A stretch of DNA of 64,000 bases from Magallana gigas (lineage: Eukaryota). The stretch is from NCBI RefSeq assembly GCF_963853765.1, contig NC_088857.1, positions 6,882,001-6,946,000 on the forward strand. Reading direction: 5' to 3'. Made by a program: the position numbers and the translations under genes. Every line of letters starts with the position of its first letter. Position 1 is the stretch's first letter. The notes under the pieces are model-generated. The model saw nothing but the letters and a program-made list of their open reading frames with translations. It had not been told where the DNA came from and did no database searches. Shown here piece by piece: positions 24,101-37,627 of this stretch.

Positions 24101-26111
24101 ATATTAATCATCCCAAACTTCTTGATCATGTGTCGTTGTATTTTATCTAATACATTTCTGCTCCGAAATAATTTAAAAACTCTATTAAAACAGCTTTTTT
24201 CGGTCAAATATATGAATATCAAACCGACAGAGATAATTTCCAAACAAAAACCTCGACATTCTAGAATGTCTAAGTTACAACTCATACGTTATAATTTTTG
24301 TTTATTAATAAATCGATAAATCTTTTCCATTGTAATTTTTTTCATAACAGCAAATCCCAGTTTTTTAAAAATGTGTATTTGGTTTCCGTTTGACTACTTT
24401 GTGCACAATGATATCCTTTTCAAAATCATCAATCATGGTAAAATCTATTCATCGTCCTTCACGTGAAAAGATAAACATAAAAATTTATTTCAGCATCTCA
24501 TTTTATTTTTAAGAATTGTAACTAACCACCGCCTAGTTTACTAAGCTTTGGGACTGCTTGTTGTTTTCCATAAACAAATCAATTTGAAAAGAGACGTAGT
24601 ACATGTATTGGTTAAAATATATTTTAACTTATTTCTTGTAAGTCGGCCGTGAGCAACGGCCCTTATAATCATTGTAGATTGCTATCTTCTTTGCTTATAA
24701 CTTGTTGTTATCTATGTTCAGGATCAACATGTACATATCTTTGTGAATCTAAACCGAATGAAGACGGCGCTAATTCTTCGAAAACTACATATCTTGGGGC
24801 ACCTATCCCCCCCCCCCCCCACACACAGCAGCACATTTGGACGATTTTCAATTAAAATACACACACCTGTGAAAGAATTGAAATAGTTGAAAGGGATAAT
24901 TTTCAAGATAATTTCATTGACACATTATCATTTTTTCTCGGAAAAATTCACAGGAGCAAAACCCTAAAGCGTTTTATTGCTTTTTATAAAAATGTTTATT
25001 TTCAGTTCGATTTTCATTACGTTTTGTACTTTAAGTCTCCAAATTTGCATAAAAATCCAATCTATAAAAATAACACAAAAATAATTATTAATATTAAGAC
25101 AATCTTAAGCTTCATATTTGAAATGATATTTTTTACTGAAGAAGCCACGTCAGTAAATACGAGCACGACTATCAAATACTACTATATCTACTACTGATTT
25201 AGTTGATTAACGCTGCTAGGTTCAGTATTGGGCTATTAAAGAATATTAAGTGATATTAATCATCCCAAACTTCTTGATCATGTGTCGTTGTATTTTATCT
25301 AATACATTTCTGCTCCGAAATAATTTAAAAACTCTATTAAAACAGCTTTTTTCGGTCAAATATATGAATATCAAACCGACAGAGATAATTTCCAAACAAA
25401 AACCTCGACATTCTAGAATGTCTAAGTTACAACTCATACGTTATAATTTTTGTTTATTAATAAATCGATAAATCTTTTCCATTGTAATTTTTTTCATAAC
25501 AGCAAATCCCAGTTTTTTAAAAATGTGTATTTGGTTTCCGTTTGACTACTTTGTGCACAATGATATCCTTTTCAAAATCATCAATCATGGTAAAATCTAT
25601 TCATCGTCCTTCACGTGAAAAGATAAACATAAAAATTTATTTCAGCATCTCATTTTATTTTTAAGAATTGTAACTAACCACCGCCTAGTTTACTAAGCTT
25701 TGGGACTGCTTGTTGTTTTCCATAAACAAATCAATTTGAAAAGAGACGTAGTACATGTATTGGTTAAAATATATTTTAACTTATTTCTTGTAAGTCGGCC
25801 GTGAGCAACGGCCCTTATAATCATTGTAGATTGCTATCTTCTTTGCTTATAGCTTGTTGTTATCTATGTTCAGGATCAACATGTACATATCTTTGTGAAT
25901 CTAAACCGAATGAAGACGGCGCTAATTCTTCGAAAACTACATATCTTGGGGCACCTATCCCCCCCCCCCCCCACACACAGCAGCACATTTGGACGATTTT
26001 CAATTAAAATACACACACCTGTGAAAGAATTGAAATAGTTGAAAGGGATAATTTTCAAGATAATTTCATTGACACATTATCATTTTTTCTCGGAAAAATT
26101 CACAGGAGCAA
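23808..26111. repeat. Near-perfect 1152-bp tandem duplication (23808-24959 / 24960-26111)
   Basis: The ORF-track entries are identical at offset 1152 except for one substitution (LITCC vs LIACC). Both poly-C runs are 14 nt. Confidence 0.95.
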
Positions 26112-26994
26112 AACAGATTCCTTACGGAGATTTATAATGGGTAATGTTTACATCTTTTCTCTGTTCCGAATACGCTCGGAATACGTCCCGCAATTTTTCA
26201 ACGTCAACATCCAGGCTTGCTACTATACAAAATTCCCGTAGAGACACATTTTTTAAGCATTGTATTGAAACCTGATAAGCTAACAGGGGCGTTTCGACTG
26301 AGAAATCTTGGGAAATTTTTTAAACTTTAGAACGAACGTCTTTTGATGCTTTAGGTATTTATAAATATCAATCAATTAACCAAAATGTAAATCCAGGAAA
26401 TCCGGGTATATACGCAAATATTGTTCCTAGGATAGAAATTTTCGCAAAATTATGCTCTCGCGAATCTCGCGAAAATATCTCGTACGGGATAAAAATTGCT
26501 TCATAGTACACAGAAGTATAACACTAGACAATAGAATGGATTATAGCAATGAGATATTTGTATGAATCACCGTCTACATTAGATTAATGAAATGTTTATT
26601 CTTGAATGTGTTTTTTTCCTTGATTGTTGTTGAAAGAATATTTTCTTTTCTTTGTTTGAAGATATTTGGTTCAATATAAATGGAACATCATCTGTTTCCA
26701 TGAACATAAGACTTTTTGACTTTAATATTCAGGTAAAAAAAAATGGAAAACACCCCAATTTGATCAAAAATTTTCTATTCAAAAATCTTCTAGCTATAAT
26801 ATAAATATGTAAAACAGTACGAAATGCAATAAAAAAAATGGTTTTCCATCGACCTGTTGTCGACCAATATTATTTATATATATATTAATGGAAAATTAAA
26901 CGTTTACAAAAATGCAACTGAAATTATCATTACAGAAATATGTAATAGTCAAAGATATTTTTGTTATCTGGCTGAATTGATGACATTAGGCCTC

Positions 26995-29878
26995 ATGTAC
27001 CTCCGCATTTGAATAAGGTTTTATTTTAATTAAATTGATAATTGACTGTTTGGTGGTGTTTGTTAAGTCTGCCTTGTTAATGTTTCTGCTTTCCTAATAC
27101 TTGGATAAACATTTTTTTAAAATGTACAGTTCAAAGTATAAGATTTTGAAATGAAGTTTTAAATATACAAAACTGAATAATATCCATCATTTATAGTTTT
27201 ACTGTTATTTCTGCCGTTTCTCGGAAATGGTAAACTGTGATAATATACAATCTTTTGTACATCAAAAAAGTGATCTGAAACTTAAAGTAATAAGTTTAAT
27301 TTAAGTTTCATCGTGTAGGCGTTCGATTTGTCATGACCTAAATTTAGTCTGATCCTTCCTTGTGACTACGTTAAGAATAAAATAAATGAACAAGCAGCTA
27401 ATTCCAAAAAAGGAATGCTAATTTTTGATATACATTTACTCCAACCTTTAATAATTTCTGTTTTGAAAATGTACAAACATAATCTAGTGTCTATCTTCGT
27501 TAGATAGATTAGTTTACAAAAGAATTATTGCTGTGCATAACCTATTGGTTTAGAAATAAATGTGTTCGTTTATCAGTTATTACTATGCCAGAAATTTCAA
27601 TGACTGAATTTCTTACTTGTTGACTTTGTGAAATTGACGAAAGAGCTTGACACGAAACACAAAAATTTCCAGCTTATCTGAAATGTAAAAAGAACACTTA
27701 ATCAATTTAATACGTTGATGACGATTTTCCCGAGGGGATTTCAATCTAAAATTAAATTAGCCTTTTCTCTATACCTCTTTGAGAAGGACAGTTGTAATGT
27801 TATCTTTCTCAGAGACTTCAGTGACGAGATTCCGTGCCAGCTACAACAATTCAACACGGATTCCATGATAACAAATGTAGGGGGACATATTTTTTAATTA
27901 GTTCAGTCAGTTTAGTCTGTCAGAATGACTTTAATTTAACTGTATAATTTTTCGCATCATGAGTTTACATTCGTCACTATTAAGCATATTAGTCAAACAG
28001 ATGTCGAACTCGAACATCGAACATGTCGAACATCCTATATAAAGTGACAATGCTTCGTAATAACTGTGTGTGTGGCAATTTACGTGCAGTGCATTTGGAC
28101 TTAGTTCTATTGCATGTACTGTCGGAAATTAGAACTAATGTATAAATGCTAGGAACAATCAAAACTAGTTTATTTAAACTTGGACAAACAGTTGGAATTG
28201 TGCAAAGCAATTTCTAATTTACTTAACAAACACTACCAAACAGTCAATTATTAAATGATGGTCAAAAGAAAGCCGAAAGCAGTTGAGTATCAAAGTATCA
28301 GTTTATATACCAAGAACTACTATAAAGAAAAAAATGTTTTCGAAGACTTCAAGAATTCTACATGTAAATTTGTATTCGGATTGGATATTCGTAAAGTGCT
28401 TTTTGCATTGGATATTCTGAACTTTTGTCAATTCAAACATTCGAACTAGTAACAGTTTTGAATTTTGAATTTTCACTGCCGTTTTGAAAAAAAATATGAG
28501 GAATGTAAAGAAAACTGTTTTATATAAGTCTAGACTTCCAATATTGTAGATTTTTTCATTAACAAGAATTGAAATCTAAGATATTTTTGTATTCAAGAAG
28601 CAACACGAATACATTACCGTCAGCTGTTTTACTCTCCGTGTCAAATTTACTGTTTAGTGTTTAAGGGTTTTCCCCCAAATAAGGTTTTAATAGAGGCGCA
28701 GTATAAAGGTTTATATGTAAGTATATCAATGACCATTACTGATCCTTTTATTACAGAAAGCTAGTTATTTTTTTTCTTGTTTATATGATGCTTTTGTAAC
28801 TTATTAGAAGTTGCTACAGGTTTTACTGATGTAAAATGTTTTACAGGACGTTATGCAGGACAATAAAGCTACCGTACCCATTCTTTAAATGACCTATGCA
28901 TTTAGAAAAGCGTTACTGATATCTTTTCCTTGATTTGCTGCACCACCCCTCTACAAATACAGAAGTTGGACCCCTCCCCTGTTTCCGTTTCTGGGTTTGT
29001 CACAAAGAATGTGGATAAAGTACGTCCGCAGTTGCATAGAGAAAGCTTTTCCTATAACGGCAATAAGACTCATATATTCTCATATGTAATTAACTTGCTC
29101 TTAGAGGCTTTGTGGACTGAATCAAATTGCTTATACATACCTCGCTTCCCCCGGACCAACGTTCAATATTTTGTCAGTTCAGATTTTTGTGGATACATAT
29201 ATATCCCGACAAACGTTTTCAGGGAACGAAATTTTGTAGTGTTGTCGATAATGTAGTCATTTTAATTTGATTCATTCTACAGTGTCAATACATTGTACTA
29301 TGTTTAGAAGGATTTTACAAAATCTTAGTTTATTGATCACTGTCATTGGTTGATAGATAATTTTTACCCATGGTACAGACTTTCTGAAAGTTTTGTATGA
29401 CACAATATTCTGTTAATTAAAAAGTTTGCTAGAATTCGGTATATGTATTGATAAATGGTTAACATATTAATAAAAATCGCCTGGTATTAAATATAGGTGT
29501 TGATATCATTTGATTAATGTATCATCCTTATAAAACCTCCTAGAATTATCGTCAAAAGAGACTCTAGTCACAATAAATCTAACTTTAGGAAATATTTTAA
29601 TATAAGTCAACAGAATCAATTTGTTTTCTTTCCCAGTCTGTTATGTTCAAACGCTAAATTTTCTTTCCATATTAAGAATTTAGGACTAAAAAATCTAATT
29701 CATTTAAAAATAAACTCAGTTTTCAATACTCTTTCTCTTGCTGAAGGATCAAATAAATAAAAACTGCAAACTTAAACATTCAAAGAAATTTTTTAGAGTT
29801 CAACACACCTGATGTGATATTTTTTAAAAGATATAATGTTGTAGTATTTCAGTACCGAAAAAATGAGCTGATTCAACT

Positions 29879-29948
<70 letters not shown>

Positions 29949-32900
29949 AATACATTTAAAATTAGATACTAGTAGTCTAAAGGAAAAGATATTTTGAACA
30001 AAAAAAAATATTTTAATTTCTTGTATCACGGAACATTTGTGAAAATGAATTCATAAAGGACTTTACCGAAACCAAAACAAAAAGAGTAAGGTTACAATCA
30101 CTACAACTTCCTTGTTGGTTGTGACCTACATGTCTTTCGTTTAACCCTGACCTCAATTAACCTTGGTCTGTTTTTATCACAATCTAACATTGAATAGTTG
30201 TACTTGGTTTCACAGGATTTAACTGTTTATCCTAAATTAACCTTTCAGCAGATTACTTCCAACAATTATTCTTAAAAAATACAACGCGATTCTAGATATT
30301 ATTTTCATCCGCATTACATGGACACGGAACATAATAAAAGGATTGCTGCGCGTACAACTTCTTGGTAAAAATCAACATGGTACGTGAGTTTTTACGAATG
30401 ATTCTTTTTTTAATAAATCTTATACTTGTTGACTTTGCGATGAATGTATTGTTATCTGGGAAGCCTCACATGAAATAGATTTAAATCAAGAGTGTATTTA
30501 GCCAACAAACTTGTAAAATAATTATGAATAGAATACTTAACTTAATCATGACGTTAAATTTTTTTTAAAGGGAAATTTAATGCTAAATAAATATTATTTT
30601 TTGGGGACATTTCATGACAACAAGTGGTTAAATATTTATTGAAGACACCAAGCAATACAAGTTGATAATCAAACACATTCATTCAATGCACTACGATCGA
30701 TTATGGTTTTTAGAAATGCATACAAAGAACCACTGTAAATTTCTTTGATATAATATATGAATAATTCAAACCGATTCTGGAATTTAATCATCGGTTACAG
30801 AAGTTTTATTTTCTAATTTTGGTGAAAGTTTCATTCTCAATGCAAAATTTTATACACCATGTTTGTTTATGAATTATTCGGCTTCAACAGCCTTAGAACA
30901 ATTTGTGTATTTCTATAAAAATGTAACTACGTTTTAAAAGTTCAATGACATGAATCATTTGGCAGCAGTCAGACCCCTTATTACAAAATCATACCTTTAT
31001 AACCCTCATTTGTCAACAATATACACAGAAGACACAATATACAAAATTAAGCAAAATTTAAGCAGCGACAAAAACATTTTTGACATACATTTAACTCATT
31101 TAACTTACTATAATTTATCATGACCTTTTTGAGTCACTGTTTCCTTACATGTTTTCGTCGAGTAATATTTTTTAATATAAATTATTGTATGCCAAATAAA
31201 TCGATTGTATGTATTCTCCACTATATATGATTTTTACGCTTTGATTCATTCGACAATATTAAGAAACGAATTTAATCGCAAAGCATATTTCGTTTGAATT
31301 TGTTTATATCTACGGTATAATTGACTGTTGAATGTAAAAAACGCATGAACTTGACTTTAATGCTATATATAAACTTTAAGAATCAAATAAGCAGGAAGTT
31401 TTGCGTATTTCTTAGCATCTTAAGCAATGGTTAACTTGATAAGTCACAGACTAACTAGCATGAAAAATAATTAACAAGTGAAATATATAAATATTGATTC
31501 GAAGCCGTGTAAGGAGTATTTATTTAAATGTCATCTGGAAAGTTGGGTTGACATTTCGTCATGAAAGTGGTAGGGGACCCGAAACTAAATGAAGGCGTTC
31601 TTTGACTGAATAGTTGCAGGAATTATAAAGTGATAAAATTATCACCAGGTTATTGGGTACACACAGCTCTTACGATATTTTCAATACCAATTGTTCTAAG
31701 AACGACTTTTATATGAAATAAAGTGTTTTCTTGGAACGTGTTTTGTTCCTGTGTGTTATGGGACGAACCTTTATCATTTTGTTTATACAAAGAATATCTG
31801 CTTAAACTCAGAGGTCTCGATCGTCGTGGCCATTTATAGACTGTATTGATCCCCTTTAATTTCATTTTGCTGCCTTATCTCAGAGAAAACAGTGAAATGT
31901 TGCTTTTGAGATACATGACGCTTCACATAAACCATTGATTTGTGGTAGATGTAGATTACACTGCTTAATAAAGTAAAACTTACTGTGGTTTTATGTATAT
32001 TTATGATTGAATCTCCTACTTGCGGTTTTCAATCGGGTTTTGAAAGTTGTTTGCCGTAAAAGCCTCACATGAAATGCTTATAGCTCAGCTGAAAATTCTG
32101 AATCTGAAACATAATAAGTAACACTTGATTAATAAAAGTTCTCCTGTTTCAGTTTTTATTCCTTTAATCAAGAATAAATTTTAGTTTTATTTATTAAATT
32201 TATTTTAAACGGACATTGGTGACAATATATTAGTAGTAACCTCTTTAAAACACGAATAAAGAATCAAACTAAATTGATTCTAGTAACAAAAAGCAATGTT
32301 AAAGAATTGAATTAATCATAGCTTTCTATACATTTTAATACCAATAAAGCGATAAAATAATGGTATTAAGGTGTATTATTCGGTGACAACGGACAAATCA
32401 ATGTATTATCTAAGATATACCATTTAAAACCCAATATTGTTTTTGATTTCTTTCAAAAGATTTAAACCGTGAAACTCGTTCATTCAAATTTTGAAAAAAG
32501 TAAAGGGTTTATCAAAAGTATTTAAACTGAATAATTTTGTTTACCCTGTTGTTACAGTAGCAGTATTGAGCATGTTTCGGAAAGTCTGTACTTGTGCTTT
32601 ATAAGCCGTGTGTTTGTACCAAGAATTGATACATTTTCTATAAATAACCACAGTATAAGTGGACATACTCATACGAGGAACATTAAAAATAAATTGGTTC
32701 AACAAATAGTACAGTCGGAAGTTGTACTGAAAGTGTTTTTTCAAGTTAGCAGACTAGTTCAGTGGGTTCATAGTCAAAATTTGCTTTTATGAGACTCCCA
32801 TTTCTCTGTTTGAAATATCATTGTGTACTTAAAATTGCTTTCAAATAGTTATTGTGAAGTGTCATATGGCTCTTACGTAAAACTGATTTTTCAGTTCGGT

Positions 32901-34650
32901 TTTTTTTACTACATGTTTCCTCCCCCCATTGATTTTCCATAAAATAAATTGATTTATAAAACTGATACATGAATAACCTGTTACATTGTTTTATTAAGAT
33001 TTTTTTCTTTTAAAATGTTGGTTATTACCGTAAAGCCGGTCTTTTGGCGAAATAAAAATATGGCTGATATGGGCCAATAAGGTATACCATTAATTTTGGC
33101 GAATATTATTTTTATGAATCCATTTCCTTTCAGTAGAATTCTATTGTCATAAGATTTTAAATAGATCAGTATTTATTTCTCTTAAGCATGTACCCTAAGT
33201 CACCATTAAAAGGAGTAAATTTTCATATCCGATCTGTCTTCCAACACTTTAATATTTTCTATATTTGAGGTAAATAAAACTAATTTTTGGAGGGTCATAT
33301 AAAAGTAACAAAAGTAACAAAATTATAAGTATTTTAATACTAATGCTCACCTCATTGAGTAAACATTTGGTGATTGTTTTTGTTAATTGTCAAAATAGTT
33401 TCAAAACATTTCTTTGTGATTATTGTTGACGAATGCATAGGTCATTCAATAGATATACCGATCACATTATCAGAGGTAATGTTACAGGGGCGAAATTACC
33501 CATAACCCTTTTGAATACATGTATTAAGGAATTCTTGTCAGGATGTGCTGTTTTGTTTACACGGATCACATTTCTTTTATTCCTAGAAATATTGTTTCGC
33601 TCATCAGGAAAACTAATAAATTGTCTATTTATATACAAATACTGTTTAGATTTTTTGTTTTACAGCGTCCATGAAATGTGATTCACAATTGGATCGAACA
33701 GCTTGAAAATATCAATGAAATGTTTTTGAAAAGTAGATTTGATCTTCGCACAATTTTCCAGGAAGTTTGAATTCTAAATAGAAGCGTTGCATGTGTAGTG
33801 CGCATAGAGTCCAACGGCATAAATGTATGTTCATTTTCAATAGGTTGGTTATTATGAATTGGCCTTATAGGTCCCTTTTATTTGACGCATAAATAGCTTC
33901 CTTCTCTACACTATGCAAATGTTGCTTTGTGACTAGAAAGAATTTTTCGTTCATGTTATGATATAACATTATTTGTGTGTATGAAACATGTACTTTGTCA
34001 AGGACAGCAGGTTCACTTTTTTAATTACCTAAGTATTCCCGAGACGATATATTAACAACAGTCTTTATTAGTTATTTTGCGATTGGGTGAAACACGGTTA
34101 TTTTAGATGAACCGAAATCTATAAGTGCATGTACACCTGATAGCCAATGAAATTAGACACATCACCATACAGTTCAACAGCTTTGTTGCAATGTTGTAGA
34201 GAAAACCTTACACTAGTGCAGTTATAAGTTTCCTTTACCCTATCTTAATAAGAGAATATAAAAGATTTTCCAAGAACCAATTAACCTTGCTCTCAGAGTC
34301 GGCTTTATAATTATACTTCCTCTGAACATACGTAATCCAAAAGATAAAAAAGTAAAACTTAAACAAATGATGTTTTCAAGTTTGATGTGATCGAAATATC
34401 TGTGACCCTAGCTGACATTGATGTAATACGACAATTTATTTTCAAGTAATTGTACTTAAATTTTTAGATATTTTACTTGTAAAAATCTTTTCATTTTCAT
34501 CATCAATGCATAATGCACTGTTGATCGGCATATGGAACGAAAGGGTACATTACTTTTGTTTTGGATCACACTGTTTGCAACTAAATTCACGGGTATTGTC
34601 TACTTCTGAGATTTTCAATTAATTTTGTTGACCATGTTATTACCTTGTCA
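26995..34650. repeat. Large tandem unit U1
   Basis: Anchor catttgaataagg at 27006, 34661 and 43548; repeated ORF-track peptides such as TIFPxGFQS...FEKDSCNVIFLRDFS. Confidence 0.9.
29883..29944. repeat. (TC)31 microsatellite
   Basis: Read directly from the sequence. Confidence 0.95.
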
Positions 34651-34852
34651 TGTTCCTCCACATTTGAATAAGGATTCGTTTTAAATTTATCAATAATTGA
34701 CTGTTTAAGCAATCATTTTTAGTGTGTCTTGTTAATATTCCTGCTTTTTTAATACTTGGATAAACATTTGTTTTAAATGTACAGTTCAAAGTATCAGTTT
34801 TTGAAATTTTTGTAAACTATCATTATAGTTTTACTGTACTTAAGCTTTCTTT

Positions 34853-34856
<4 letters not shown>

Positions 34857-34942
<86 letters not shown>
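34857..34942. repeat. (TC)43 microsatellite
   Basis: Read directly from the sequence. Confidence 0.95.
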
Positions 34943-34945
<3 letters not shown>

Positions 34946-37495
34946 ATTCAAATGTTTAACATTCACCAAATTTGAAAGCCGTTTCTCGGAAATGGTGTTC
35001 TGTGATAATAAACACTCTTTCGTACATCGGAAAAGTGATCCGAAACTTAAACTAATAAGTTTAATTTAAGTTTCTATCGTGTAGGCGTTCGATTTGTCAT
35101 TACCTAAATTTAGTATGATCCTTTCTTGTGACTACGTTAAGAATAAAATAAATGAACAAGCAGCTAACTCCAAAAAGGAATGCTAATTTTCGATAAACAT
35201 AAACTCCAACCTTTAATAATTTCTGTTTTGAAAATGTAAAAACATAATCTGGTGTTTATCTTTGTTAGATATGCGATTTACTTTACTAAAGAATTATTGC
35301 TGTGCATAACATATTGGTTTAAAATTAAATGTGTTCGTTTATCAGTTAATACTATGTCAGGAATTTCAATGACTGAATTTTGTACTTGTTGAACTTGCTA
35401 TAATATTTGTGAAATTGACAAAAGAGCGTGACACGAAACACAAAAATTTCCAGCTTATCTGAAATGTAAAAAGAACACTTAATCAATTTAAGACGTTGAC
35501 AACGATTTTTCCGAAGGGATTTCAATCTATAATTAAGTTCGGCTATTCTCTATACCTCTTTGAGAAGGACAGTTGTAATGTTATCTTTCTCAGAGACTTC
35601 AGTGACGAGATTTCGTGCCAGTTACAACAATTCAACACGGATTCCATAATAACAAATGTAGGAGTACATTTATTTTTTAATTAGTTCAGTCAGTTAAGTC
35701 TGTCAGAATGACTTTAATTTACATGTATGATTTTTCGAATCATGTGTTTATATTCGTCATTATTAAGCGTATTAGTCAAACAGATGTCAAACACAGAACA
35801 TGTCGAACATCCTACATAACGTGACAATGCCTCGCAATAACTGTGTGTGTGACAATTAACATGCATGTGCATTTGGACTAAGTACTAATGCATGTACTGT
35901 CAGTAATTAGGACTAATGTATTCATGCAAAGAACAATCAAAATTAGTTTATTTAAACTTGAACAAATAGTTGGAATTGTACAAAGCAGTGTAAAATGCTC
36001 AAAAGAAAGCCAAAAGTAGTTGAGTATCACTGTATCAATTACTATATAGAAAAAAAAAATGTATTCGAAGACTTTAAGAATTCTACATGTAAATTTCCAT
36101 TCGGACTGGATATTCTTAAAGTGCTTTTTGCATTGAATATTCTGAATCTTTGTCCATTTCAAACTAGTAACAGTAAGTTTGAATTTTGAATTTTTACTAC
36201 CGTTTTGAATGAAAAATGTGGAATGTAGAGAAAACTGTTTTATATAAGTCAATATTGTAGATTTTTACATTATCAAGAATTCTCATCCAAGATATTTTTG
36301 CATTCAGGAAGCAACGCGACTACATAACCGTATGCTGTTTTACTCTCCGTGTCAAATTTACTGTTTAGTGTTTAAGGGTTTTCCCCCAAATAAGGTTTTA
36401 ATAGAGACGCAGTATAAAGGTTTATATGTAAGTATATCAATGACCATTACAGATCCTTTTATCACAGAGGGCTAGTTATTTTTCTTCTTTTTAAATGATA
36501 TTTTTGTTACCTTTTGGAAGATGCTAGAGGTTTTACTGATGTAAAAAGTTTTACAAGACGTTATGCAGGATAACTTAGGAATCGCATCCATTTTTTAAAT
36601 GACCTATGTATTTAAAATAGCGTTATTGAAATCTTCTCCTTGATTCGCTGTACTTTTGGATGCATCACCACCCTTTACAAATACAGAATTCTGACCCCTC
36701 CCCTGTTTCCGGGTTTGTCACAAAAATGTGGATAAAGTACGTCCGCAGTTGCATAGAGAAAGCTTTTCCTATAACGGCAATAAGACTCACATATTCTCAT
36801 AGGCAATGAACTTGCTCTTAGAGGCTTTGTGGACTGAATCAAATTGCTTATACATACCTCTCTTCTCCCGGAAAAACTGTAATTTTTTTGTCGGTTCAGA
36901 TTTTTGTGGACATATATATCCCAACAAACGTTTTCAGGGAACGAAAGTTTGTAGTGTTGTCAATTATGTGTGTCATTTTAATTTAATTCATTCTACAGTG
37001 TCAATACATTGGACTATTTTTAGAAGGATTTTACAAAATCATAGTTTTTTGCTCACTCTCATTGGTAGATGTATAACCGACTTTCTGAAATGACACAATA
37101 TTCTGTTAATTAACATGTATACTAGAATTTGATAGATGTATACGTTTTGATAAATGGTTTACATATTAATAAAAATCTGCTGGTATTAAATATACGTGTT
37201 GATATCATTTGATTAATGTATCATCCTTATATAACTTCCTAGAATTATCATCAAAGATACTTTAGTCACAATAAATACAACTTTAAGAAATGTTTTATGT
37301 CAGCAGAGTCAATTTATTTGTTTTCGTTCCCGCTATGTTATGTTCAAACAGTAATTTTTTTCATATATAGTATGCAGGGCTAAAAGCAGTCAAAGAAATT
37401 GTTAAGCGTTCAACACACTTGATGTGATATTTATTTTTAAAGATATAATATTTCAGGATCATAAAATTTATCGACATAAAATGCAAAAATGAACT

Positions 37496-37627
37496 NNNNN
37501 NNNNNNNNNNNNNNNNNNNNNNNNNNNNNNNNNNNNNNNNNNNNNNNNNNNNNNNNNNNNNNNNNNNNNNNNNNNNNNNNNNNNNNNNNNNNNNNNNNNN
37601 NNNNNNNNNNNNNNNNNNNNNNNNNNN
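37496..37627. other. Assembly gap (132 N)
   Basis: Read directly from the sequence. Confidence 1.

Noticed and set aside
24094-26058. Duplicated 60-73-aa ORFs (MSCNLDIL.., MILIIPNF.., MSNGPYNH..)
   Set aside because: They recur only because of the 1152-bp duplication; the frames are not preserved in the 61-62 kb paralog.
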